Shown here in pieces: positions 1-12,869 of a stretch of DNA of 54,038 nucleotides. A program made the translations under genes and the position numbers. The DNA is from Seison nebaliae (Eukaryota), in assembly GCA_023231475.1 (NCBI GenBank), contig JALJEE010000877.1:1-54038 (forward strand). The letters run 5' to 3'. The stretch's first letter is position 1; each line of letters begins with the position of its first letter. Under the pieces are notes generated by a model. It had not been told where the DNA came from, ran no database searches, and saw only the letters and a list, made by a program, of their open reading frames with translations.

Positions 1-225
1 CAATTTTTCCGAGAGAACCACATTCTCGGAAAGTAAACGGTTTATTTTCAATTCAATAGACACCAGTTCAGTTTTCTTGATCAAGCAGCTACCATCAACA
101 CCTGGACCATAGCACGTCCTTTTACTCGTGGAAGGTGTAGCTGTATCCTTTTTGCCTTTAGGTCTTCCTCTTCCTCTCTTGCCATCAGTAGTTTCAGGGA
201 TATCATCAGGGTGTGGATAGTTGAC
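1..225 (-). other. Open frame fragment with an AT-hook-like motif (KRGRGRPK) followed by a short coiled-coil-like stretch; runs off the window edge
   Basis: The minus-strand frame is open from 225 to 1: VNYPHPDDIPETTDGKRGRGRPKGKKDT...ELKINRLLSENVVLSEKL. It has no ATG and is preceded by TAA at 228-226. It could be an exon or a TE ORF relic. Confidence 0.3.
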
Positions 226-840
226 TTATCCGCCACCACGGAATCCATATTCTAATCATCGTCATCTAGTTGGAGGGAAGGATCGTTCATCCCACGATCA
301 GAATTATTAATCGATTTAATAATATTTTTAGACAAGTCAAAAAAAAAGAATTTTTTTTTAGAGGTTACTTTATGTCCATTATATGGTTATAGTTATATTC
401 GGTAGACATGTTTGAGTTATCTGCTTTCTTTAGAATATTGAACCACATCCTTTTTCATATTAATTTAACAATTAAAAACTTGGTTGGTTTCTATTAAAAA
501 GAGAGTTAACTTAATTCCTTTTTACTGAAATGACGTTAACTTTAATTTTTTCTTCCAAAGGAGACCTTCACTTTCTTCCAACTCATCAGGTTGATATTAC
601 AGAAAAATGGGGATAACTTCCCACAATCATCGGATTGAATAATTTTATAAAGAGTTAACTTCCTAATGGAAAAAGTTGGAGGGAATTGAAGAAGAGAATA
701 ACAAATGAAATTGATGGTTTTGAGAGTTGTTTTGAGGTTATAGTGGATGAAATTTAAGATTTTTTGAGAAAGAAGAAAAAAGAATAATTAATTTAAATAT
801 AAATCGTTTCTTAAGCTCAACGACGCTATAAGGTCGAGCG

Positions 841-3800
841 ATGTATTATCAATTGGACGAGAGTGTGGAAGTGTCGTTAGTGAGTAGTAATGACGATACA
901 TCGCTTATTGAGGTGGTTGATGTGGCATGTAAGAATGAATTGACTGCAATTTTATTGAATCGATCACTCGTCATTTTGACATGTAAAGGAAAGGAGTTCT
1001 TGATAAGTGGATTTTATGATTTTTCGGAGAGATTTATTGAGGAGAACGGTCAACCGAATGGAAATCTTTATTGGAATGATGATATGTCGATCATAGTCTT
1101 TTCAACAACGAGTCGAATGCTCGTCACTTTCCAAATTGAAATAATTTCAAAAGAGTTTGGAAATATTTATGTTCCTCCCATAATTGTGGATGATGGTGGA
1201 AGAAATGGAGATTTGTTGACATCGAAAGCTGTCGCCAGGAAATATTCCTCTCAATCATTTCAATCAAAAATTGGTCATCAGAAGAATGGAAAGATTATTA
1301 ATAGAAACCATTCGGAAATATCATCAACAATTCATTTGATTGAATGTGAACAGAAGGGTCAACTGTTTCATCAGAACAATGTTGAATTCAATCGAATTCG
1401 AAGTACAAAAGGACTGGATAAGAACAGTAGTGAATTATATCAATATCGTCCGATGGAAATCGTATGTATCTCTCTGACACTTAGTTGTTGTAAATTGTTT
1501 GTTGACGATATCACTTCTGTTATTGTTGTTCCATCCAATTATGCTTGTTCTCATCAACAACTTTTGGTGATTAGTCGAACGAATTCGATTCATATTCTCG
1601 ATTGGAATTTGGAATATATCGCTTATTTCGGTAGTTTAGTTCATTCGGAATGTAAAGTGAAATTGGGAGATCGACTTCAATCGTCGACAGGTAATGAAAG
1701 AAGTTCATCGACATCTAGTAACAATTATCCAACGAATGATTCATCGAAATTGAGTGAGACGGAGAATAATGAGGATTGGAGAATCATGTCAGTAGATTAT
1801 CTCTCACCGAAATTAATCGGTGGTATTTGTCGGAATGGTTGTGCCGTTTTACTTCATTTCCAACAATTGGACACGAACACTGGTCAAGTGATAGCAAAGA
1901 TGAATGTTTTGAGAGATAACGGAATTCAACATTTATGGTATTCACACACATGTCTCTCAGCTAATCTGAGATATTCTCTTCTCGCATTCGGTACATTTAA
2001 CGGTTGCATTATCGTTTATCAATTAGATGAGATTAATTATGAATCGATGAAATATTCGCATGTACTCAATCCTGTGAAGTGTAATGAACATCATCGATCT
2101 CATGGAACGATTAATCAATTATCATGGAGTAGTGATAATATGGTATTGATGAGTGTGTGGTCGGATGGGAGTTATGCTCTTTATTCCGTCTTTGGTTCAC
2201 TAATTTTCTTTAATGATAAACTTTTGAATAATATGGGAATTGGACCTCCCTCTATTCGATGGGATACCAATGGTTATGGTTTATGGTTCTTTACTACTAT
2301 TCGAAATAAGAATAAAGATGTTGATGATGAGAAAAGAATATTATGTGGTCAATTAATTCATCTCAATTATTATAAAGCAGCATTCATTAACAATTCGAAT
2401 TATGTTCTCATTTTCATAAATTCTATCTCATTCTCATATTCCTCTTCTTTCTATTGTTATAGACGAATGGAAATCATTTACTCTTACATAATGATCATCG
2501 ATGTCTCATTGGATTTAACGAGAAGGATGGAGAGAATTCAATGGATAATAATGAAATGAGAGATGATGAAGATTATATGGATTGTAGTAGTCGAGTATGG
2601 CTCGAATTGGATCTGCCTACCAGTTATCTCATCCACAATTGGCCTATAAACGTTTATTTTATTAATTTCTCCTCTTCATCTTCATTTTCATCTTCCTTCA
2701 GCTTTTTGGAATTAGTAAAGATGGTAAATATGTGGTGTGTTGTGGAGTGAGTGGATTCATCGTATATAGTCTCCATTTGAATAAATGGATATGTATCGGT
2801 GATATCGGAGTAGAAAGAAGTTTCTCCGTCACATCCGGTATTTGTTTTTGGAATGAATTTATTCTTTGTGGAACGGCACAATTGGGAGAGAAGAAATGTA
2901 ACACAGTTTCCTCATAAATTCTTCGTTCGTTACATATTTAATTTCTCATTATTTTTCCATGCATTCCAGTTACAATTATTTAATCGTGATGCTCTCGATC
3001 CATATATGCCATCAAGAACTTCCATTCTAACATTACCAGGTAAATTGTGTTGTTTCAATGTTTATAATGATTGGATTATTGTTCTAACAACTGACGAGGA
3101 GTCATATGTAAACAAGAATGAAAAAAGAAGAACATCATCATCATCATCATCATCATCAAATACGGCAACATCATCCAATTATTCAGATAAAGGAAATTTG
3201 ACATTTATTCATATTCTCGGAATTAGTAAACATTATCAAACAACATCTTCACAAAAACAAATCGAAGTAAATTCACAATCAACTCCAACCATCCTCCAAC
3301 AACAACAACAACAACAACAATATGTGGAGAATAGTAATGAGAAAGGTTCGGCTGCTACCAGATTAATGGCATTATATGAATTCGATTTGACAAATCAATC
3401 TGTTGTGCCATTCTCTCTCTTATATGAATATACAGATTTTTCTGTACATATCGCTTTATCACCAATGCAAACGGATACGAAAAGTCTTCATGGAACATAT
3501 AGAACTGATTCGAGAATTCGTAATAAAATTCCATCTATCGGTTTATTAACCGAACCATCAAATCTTATCATTCCACAATCAACTGATAATGATAATGATG
3601 ATAATGATGGGAAGAAGAAAAAAAAAAAGAATCAATCCATGATGATGATGATGAGTAATAGGAAGAATGAGAATAATCTCAATCGGAAACATGATGCAAA
3701 AAGTATCATTCTCAATATTGGTGGTCGCGTTTTTCTTTATCGATTGTCGAAAGTTGAAAATCGAGATGAATCGAATAAGAAAAATGATCAACGTTTAACT

Positions 3801-5873
3801 CTCTCACCACCAATTCTCATATCGACACATTGTGAGAATTTGTGGTATGAACCGGCATTGATCGATAAAGATTCGAATGAAAATGAAGAATCTTTCTCTT
3901 ACAATTATCGACGTGATACTTTGTGGATGATGTGTGGTTATGATGGTTTACGAATATGGCTTCCCGTTACTTTATCCTCTTCACATTTCTTCGATAAATC
4001 TTTAACGAATCGTCAATTTATTACGAGAACGATGGTACAAATTTATCCAGATATTTATCCGTTATCCGTCTCTTTCGATTCGTCCACCATCTCTGGTATA
4101 TTTACCAATCCCCATCAATTCGATGTGAAATTTTCAAATGATATATCATCCATCCAATCCTCTTATCAAACCAATTCGCTATCTAACAAATTATATAAGT
4201 TTTATAATCGAATAAAAAATTATTCGAATACCATCACCAAACGATTTCTCCAACAAACACGTCAATCTTGTCTCCATCACATTCTTTGTCATTTATTACG
4301 ATATAATTATGACGAATCGGCTAACATCATCGCTAATTCGTCAGCTCATCAAAAATCATTTTGTCATGTTCTCGAACTTCTCCTTCATCAGACGTTGGAG
4401 GAAGAAGCGATGAAATCCGTTCCATTACCTGATTCACTCCTTCCCAAAATTCAAATTTTCATTACTCAATTTCCAATTTATCTTCAAGTGATTGCTGCAG
4501 TTATTCGAAAGACTGAAATGGCATTGTGGCCAATCCTTTTCCAAACGGGAGTCAATGTCCGACAATTGTTCGAAGAGGCCATCATCTCTAATCAATTGAA
4601 AACTGCTGCACTTTATCTCATTATTCTCGACACTATATCGAGCAGTGGAGAAGCGGAAACATATGCCATTCGACTTCTCACTCAATCGTTAGAAAAGAAA
4701 GAATGGGATATTATTAGTAGTATTGAACAATTTTTAGCATCAATCGATCCAATTGATTTAGATGGAGAAATGGATGATGATGATGAACATCATCATCCTC
4801 CATCATCCACTACTAAGAGAAATATAAAGAATAATGAAAATTCAATGACAACTATTATTGATGATTCGAGAAAGTGTTCAAATAAATCAAATAAGGAAAC
4901 GAAAGAAGAATTCGGATTAACAATTAGGAAAGCTCCTCTCAAAACTCTCACAAATTCACGACGTAATTTCAATTATATGGATTATACAAATCAATCAGAA
5001 ATGATGAAACCATTAACGACTTCAGTGCAAAATAATGAGAATTTATCTCATCGAACTTACAATCGATATCGATCGAAAACAACTGATGAATTACCATCAA
5101 AGAATAATAATAATAATAATAATAATAATATTAATAATAATATTAATAATAATAATAATCAAAATAATGATGATGATACCATTTCATCTAATGATACAAT
5201 TGTTCATGTTGATATATGTATGAAGAATAAGAAGATTAATCATACGAAACGTCCAAGTAGTTTATCATCAATTCGAGATTTGATCAATAATAATGAACAG
5301 AATTTATCTGATCAAATGTTCATTCATAATTGTGAAAAGAAAGTAAATGATAAATCGAAATTGATATCAGATGAATCATTTCAAACTCAATTTATTTCTT
5401 CTATTGTCGCTGATAGTAATGAGGATGCACATCGTCGTTTGTCCAATGAGATAAAATTTCGTCCAAAATTTATTGATCAAACAATTAATAATAAATTGGA
5501 GGAATATTTGTCGGAAGGTGATATTCGATCTTTTGGAGAGATTATCGGTCGAATGAGATATTTCAATGAGAATGACTGGCTAAGAAAGAATTATAATAAA
5601 TTTATTTTATCATCTTCATCTTGTGTGGAAACATTCTTCTTGAAAGTTCATCAATCCTTCAACATTCCTCTTCCAACAACTGACTATTGTCACGATCATC
5701 ATTTATCTTGTTCTTTAGTATCGATGACAGATGTCCAATCGTCAATCTTACCTGATGGCATCAAAACTACTCTACGAAATTATAATGAAAATTATACAGG
5801 AACTATCGATCTCTCTTCACTCACCACTGACACAACTGACACACACAGTCAAATCAACGAACGAATAACACAA

Positions 5874-5911
<38 letters not shown>

Positions 5912-7059
5912 GGAGAATAATAATTCTAAATCATTCAAGTTAATTGTATCAGCAACGACCTCGTCTTTCCATCGATATAATTCAGATAATTGTTTATTAA
6001 ATGATTTGAATCGATCGAATTCCATCGACAGTTCCATCAAATCCATTCTCACCAATACCACAACACTAACAAACAATGATGAGAAATCGAGATTATCGAA
6101 CGATGATAATGTTCAAGATACGTTTCTCATCAGAAATTTTTTCACTCTTACTAATCGTTCATTAATCGTTGCACAATGTGTCGGGTTAGAATCGATTCCA
6201 CATTTTTCTCTCATTCCTTCTTTTATTGAATAGATTTCTCTTTAAACTCTTTCTCATTAATGAATGGTATGATCACGCTTTCATTCTTCTGGTCGTACTT
6301 CAAGATGTGGTGGGAGGACAATGTTTCGAGAACGAACTTAATTTAATCACAATCGATATATCGATGTTAGATCGATTACGAAATACGATGAATGTTATTG
6401 AAGAGATTAGTAAGAATTATTGGTTGGAAATTCTCTTCTTATTTTTCTTTTTTCTTCAATAATCATTTCTTTTCTCCTTCATTTCCATCTCATATCTCAG
6501 TAAATGTCTACAACGATTCATTCAAAACACGAAAGAGAATATCCAACTAAAATTAGATGATCTTAATTTTCGATATTCATCCACTGTAACCGCAATCGAT
6601 ATCGCTCATCGCTTATCGAAATCATGTCATTTTACTGAAGATAAAATTTCGCCTATTCACAAAACAACTTCGAAATCGACATCTTTTCTTAATGAAGATA
6701 CTTCCATGTCGGGAGACGGAAGATTACAATCGACAATTAATCAACAAAATATTCTTACTTTTAATGATACGAATAGTCACTCGAATAAATCACTCCATTC
6801 CCTCACTTCTACTGTTTTTGACAAATCGATTCCTTTAAATGATCGATCAAATTTGATGGATAGTACAGATTTATTACCAAGAAATTCTGGTTCAGATTCT
6901 TTCAAATCATCATCATCATCATCATCAACATCATCAATAACGCCTAATGGACATCATTTGAACATTGTGAAAGATAAAAAAATTTATAAAACGAAAAATA
7001 TTAAAAAGAAATTATCAAACGATCAAATTGTCAACCTTCTCAACAACAACAACAACAAC

Positions 7060-7104
<45 letters not shown>

Positions 7105-7644
7105 TGTGAAGTATCAGAAACGGTAGATGATTATTATCAATGGGCAATGACAGAATTGCATAATCCGAAAATGAATTTGAGTATTTCGAATGAATTTCAT
7201 GTGAATCAGAAACGATTATTTTCTGCCAATTATCAAGAGAATTTAGATAACTCGTCAAACAATTTAATTGATTTCAATGATAGTCATTCGCCAAACTATC
7301 TCTTATCTACTTCATCGTCGAAGGGAGATGATAATATGAAAAATGGAGAAACCATCACGTCCCATCAATCGTCCCATTATGAGAGGCGTGATGCTGAAAC
7401 GAATCCGATAGAATCTCATCGCGATAATTATGCAAATTTGAATTGGAAAGTGGAGGAGTATCTCGACGAGTGTTCGAGAGGGAAAATGTATCGATCACTA
7501 ATGGAAGAACGTAGTGAGAAGAAAGAGGATATGACGAATGAGAAGTTATTGACACAAAGATCGTTGGAAGAGAAACATGAAGAAGAAGAAGAAGAAGGAG
7601 AAAAAGAAATTGTGGAAATTTCCAATGGTTGTTCCATACACTAG
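841..7644 (+). CDS. RIC1: RIC1 homolog (RAB6A GEF complex partner), 6 exons, about 2167 aa
   Basis: Exons 841-2403, 2463-2651, 2702-2905, 2970-6184, 6234-6422, 6501-7644 (6504 nt, one frame). RIC1 motifs: YLIHNWPI, SGFIVYSL...KW...VTSGICFWN, LHHILCHLLR, FCHVLELLLHQTLEEEA...PLPDSLLP, RKTEMALWPILF, LKTAALYLIIL. The N-terminal region is beta-propeller-like. Confidence 0.93.
5103..5160 (+). repeat. (AAT)n coding microsatellite (poly-Asn) in RIC1
   Basis: Visible AAT run encoding NNNNNNNNNINNNINNNNN. Confidence 0.9.
5876..5911 (+). repeat. (CAA)n coding microsatellite (poly-Gln) in RIC1
   Basis: A CAA run encodes 12 Gln; another Q run lies near 3297-3320. Confidence 0.9.
7041..7104 (+). repeat. 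(AAC)n(AAT)n coding microsatellite (poly-Asn) in the last RIC1 exon
   Basis: Compound AAC/AAT run encoding about 21 Asn. Confidence 0.9.
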
Positions 7645-10600
7645 TTATCCAGTGATATTTCATCGGTTATTTCTTTGTTGTTATGGAGAGGAATGAGTGA
7701 TAGAATATTGGATAAAAAAAAACATTCGACTCATTTTATCATATACATTTCCATCACATGCATTTATTTCCTCAATCATATCACATATGGAGATATAGTG
7801 CTCAAGTGAAAAAGAGAACATATTATTATTATTATTATTATTATTATTAAAATATATTAAATTGACAGAACATTTGCTTAAACTGTTTGTATAAGAGGAG
7901 AATGGTGATCAATAACATATAACGAGTTTTTCATACAAAATGTTAAAGGACGAAAAAAGAAAAGAAAAGAGGAAGAATTCTCTTTAGTCAACAAATCAAT
8001 GTAATAACATAGTCGAATGACGAACGATGTTTCTGACTCGGTCATTTGTAATTACATTAATTCCTTTATGCATGGACCATTGAGCATACGATTTGATTAG
8101 GTTCCACTAATTCATACAACATTCCTTCTTCTTTATACCTATTACCTTCCTATTTCAAATGAATTTTCCTCATCATTTCCTTCCCATTATATGCATCCCG
8201 TTTACCATTCCTCTTCACTCCATTTGCAAATATTGAATATTCACCATATTCAAACAGAAAGATATGGACACAACATCATCTCCGAAAATATCTATAATTT
8301 GGAACTTTCTCTCAATAAGCAAAACGAGAAAAGGCAAGTGCTTCTTAAAATTCAATCATCATTTCTCCGATCCTGTCTAGATTTGAGAACGAATAAAATA
8401 ATTACCATTATAAACAATTCTCTTCAATAGGACCTTTCAGACAAAATTCTTTTTTTTTCCAATTCTCATAACTTTCTTATCATCCAATTTTTGGCATAAC
8501 GGACCATGTCGTTAGATAGACTTATTCAAACTTCGTCCTATATGTAGAATGTTTGGAGAAATATATTTAAAATCCGATTTTCATTATGGCCTATTTCGTC
8601 CTTCCCAATCAATTTCTCAATGCTTATGTAACTATTAGAGATTTTTTTAAATCCTTCTATAAACTAGATATGTTTTTTTTTTAAATTTAAATTTTTAACG
8701 ATGTAACACATACCGAAGGACAGACAGTTGAATAGTTTATTGAAGAATAGAGATCTTTACAGACATATTGAAATGGAATATTATAGCAAAATTATAGGGA
8801 AGACATTGATTAATTTGGTATGTTACTTATCATTTTAATTGAAATAGATATCATATAAAATTTTTTTTTTGATTATGCGAATTTTATTATCACTTGCATC
8901 AAATTGATTTTCTTTTGTTCCATTGACATTCGTCGACGAAAACCAGAAGGAGAGGAAACTGATGAATAAAGTAATTGATTATTAACATCTCCATATCTGT
9001 TTGTCACTTTCGACGCAATAAATATATTAATAATTTCCGATCGATTAAACTAAAATTAATCGTGTCGATTGCTTTATTTTTTATATTTTAATTATTCGCT
9101 TCATTTATGGAAATTTTGTTTAATATGCGATATATTATAAGTCATTCAACTTTATATTAATTGCTCACCTTCCAACCTAATTGTTCCGTTTGAAAACTAG
9201 ATGAATCTTGATGATGACATATATTGACTAGTGCTGTGATTATGATCTGTATACTTCATTAGCTCTCCTTTTCTATATTTCAAGAAGACCAATTCATTCT
9301 CATTTCTCCATTTTGAGAAACTATTAAATTAATTAATCATGTTAATAATACTAATTAGATATTTTGTTCATAATACCATCCTTCCTTTTTTTTTACCAAA
9401 ATTATTTTTATTATCATAAAAATATATTAGCTAATTAACCATATAAGAGATTGATTTTTATTTCTTCCGGAAGAGCAGACGACTTTAAGTTGCACATTTT
9501 AATAGTAGAAAATTGGATAGACATTTTCGCGTTACATTTACGTAAAGCAATGGATGTACGACCAATGGTAGTAGGGATTGACAGGTCAGATTCGTCAATT
9601 TGACAGGAACTATCGATTCGCATAAACACCGATAATTTAAAGGAATCTTCATAATTTCTTCCACGTTCAAGGACGAAATGTTTATATTCTGTCCAATTAC
9701 TAATTGATGACCTCCATTCTTAACTGAAGTTCATCGAAAACAAAACGCACTAGACCAAAGACTACAACATCTCGCCCAATAAACGAATTTGTATGACATT
9801 CTCTCTTATTATTTCTCCTTAAATCTTTTATGTTATCAGGTCCATCCATTCAGTGGAAATCAAAATTAATCGGATAAATTTTTTCCAATTGTCATAACGT
9901 TCTCCATATTAGGATTATGAATATGACACATAAGTCAAAAATGATAAGACTCAATTTCTCTATTAGGATTAGAAAGAGATGCACACTCGATATGAATCGT
10001 TGAGTCTATAGAGCCTGTATGGAGGAAACTTAAATGAATTAGTCTAGCTAATACTTTGGCTTCACCCTGCACATAATTTGGAATCGATTCCTCTCAAATA
10101 CGTCACCTTAGTTTGAAATTGTCATCTTTTTATTATTCACGAATTTTCTTATTACATATGAACACAACTCTCTCTACATTGTGTTCAAAATTTTTAACGT
10201 CAATCTTTGAATAACTTAAAAAATGATCGACTAGGAAATTTCAATTTAGTTGAAAGTGATGACGAAAAATCCATCTTGGAAAAATTAGTCAGGAAATGAT
10301 CTAAATGACCGTTTTGGGGATTTTAACAACTGCTTGATTTTTTGGTAAATTTATCGACAATGTACTGAATGGAAGAAATCGTTTTTGCTTGTTAAAAAGT
10401 CGAGAAAAGTCCTAAAAAAATATTTTCCTTCGAAGTATTCTTCTTCAAGTATTGTTCGAATATATATTGTATTATAGGAGAGCATATAGTATTGGGAATT
10501 CTACGAAAAATTTCAATAATTTAATTGACATCATTTGAATGGAAATTGCATAAAATTGATATTATTTGCAATAGCAGTAAATCGAACTTATTATGCATCA

Positions 10601-12869
10601 ATATTATTCATATTATTCATCCTCCTCAAATTCGTTGATAAAATTTAAAGTAACTTTGTCAAATCGTTTTACTGTCTATATCATAGATGTAAATATTTTC
10701 CTTTGGACTTAAGATTAAGATTGTTCTTCACATTTTGTGTAGGATTTTAAGGTAGTAGGTATTTGTTTCTGTAGCAATTTGACATAAATCTATGAAATCT
10801 GCATAGACTTTTCATGAAAATGTAAAATTGCAAATATGTTTCTCTTTCAACCGATTCTACAAAATCTCCTTATAGTGACAATGTTTTTGGGGTATTATGT
10901 GTATCAATAAACAATTCCTATGAAGTGAATACTATTATGTTTACCTGGATTTTTAATCAGGCCACGCAACTGGAGATTATGTGAAGTGTTCATGATGAAA
11001 AATACATACAAACAACCAGCATTTTGATTCATTAATGAAAATCACTCTTTTAGCGAGAAGAATCTATATACGTAAATAAGAATCTTTCAAATCATGAAAA
11101 CAAAGATGCGATCCAATTATTCTCATTTAGTTCATGAAGGACATCGTCGATTGAAAGTCCAACAACTTATCTTCTTTTTTTCTTAATTCTTCTCGAGAAG
11201 ATTTGACTTTTTTTTTTATTTGGAAGCAATGTGAAAAATAATGGGAAAGAATGCTTTGCATAAGATTGAATTTCTAATGCGGTGAAAATTAGTGACTTGA
11301 AATTTTTTAAATTTCGGTGACAAATTCACTTATTGAATGAAAGGATAAATTGTCCAATTCTCAAATGACAAACTGTTGGAAACAATGAAAAGAGAGTTAC
11401 CAAAGTGGAAGGTTGGGAAATCACCTTATAAGATGGAGAAAATAATGGAGGATTCATTTTGTGACAGATTATGCTGATCTCTTTTCAACATGCTTCTTAT
11501 TATCATCGAGATTATGAGTTTGCTTCCTACGAGTTCGAAATAAAAAAATTTCTTATTGTTTTATGTGAATGTGGATTATTGTTGGGTTTCTGCTCACAAA
11601 TATTTTTTTTAATTTTCATTCAAGTAATGCTCGTCTTTCCACTAATTCGAATCTTCGTCTATGGATAATGATCGGGAATGCGATAATTCAATTATTTCTT
11701 CCCGTTGAAACATTTGAGGAAAGGGTGGAAGAGGAAGAATTTGTCCTTCATATGACTGCGAAAAACTCGATGTCGACCAATTTTATTATTATGGGCATTT
11801 CAATTCTTTTAGTTTCATATAAAGTCAGTATAGTATGTGTATAGAATTATTCAATATTGAATCATGTAGTGTTTGATTAGTAAAAATATAGATAAGACGA
11901 AATAACTTTCAATCAGTGTCATGTATTTGCATGGTAGCTAAGATGGACAGATGGATATATTGATGGATAGAAAACATAAAGAACCAACAAAGAGAGATGA
12001 AAGTGAAGTTTTATCTTGCAATTAATGCACAAGGATAAGAGGAAGAGAATTGGACAGAAGATGTTTCTGTTGGATGAGAGGTGCGGTCTGTCATTCCACA
12101 ATCATAAAATTTTTAACTCACATCTGTGTGTGATGGCAGCGAATTTGAACCGAATGAATTGGTCATCGGACAGTTCAATTTCATCGTATTCCTACTCCTA
12201 AACTGCTAATAACGAAGATTTATGTTCTTTTACTTCAGTCCCTTTAAAACGGACGATTCTACTGTTTTTCATATAATTTATTTGAATTATAATATTTTAT
12301 TTGAAGAAGTTATCTTTGAAAGTAAATACCGTTCGAAAAAAAAAAGTTGAAACTATCATTCTCAATATATAAAGTCCACATTTATAAATTCCGTGCACAA
12401 AAAAGATGAAACGTCGAAATATGCGGTTTTACAGCCGTTTAAATCTAACATATTTTACAAACAATGAAAACTAAGAGAATTAGTTGGGAAAATAATGTTC
12501 ACATTCGCAGTAAAAGTTATCATCAAATCAATGTTATAAGATAGAGAAAGTAGAATTGTCCGAATCTTATAAGAACTTCTTCTTAAGAAGAGGAGTAAAT
12601 TTGTCTATTCTTCTTTTAAAGCGAAGTAGAACTGTTGGGAGAGTAGATTTGTCCTCTGACTGACTGACTGACTGAATAGTGATTGATGACAATAATTTAT
12701 GAGTTTCACATCCTTATATGATGTATGATTGTTGACTAACCTGGCCAACAATAATTTATCTATACAGTTCATTCCATAATATTCATCATCTTTTCTATTT
12801 CCTTTCATTTCTCCTTGGTTCAATTTGAATTTTCCTTTAAATCCCAAAATTCCTCTTATCAATCTTTTA

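Noticed and set aside
3579..7663. Antisense or alternate-frame ORFs with poly-Ile, poly-Cys or poly-Tyr
   Set aside because: These are shadows of coding microsatellites in RIC1.
7700..12860. Short ORFs between RIC1 and ANKIB1
   Set aside because: No recognisable motifs or coherent exon chain; consistent with chance ORFs or decayed repeats.
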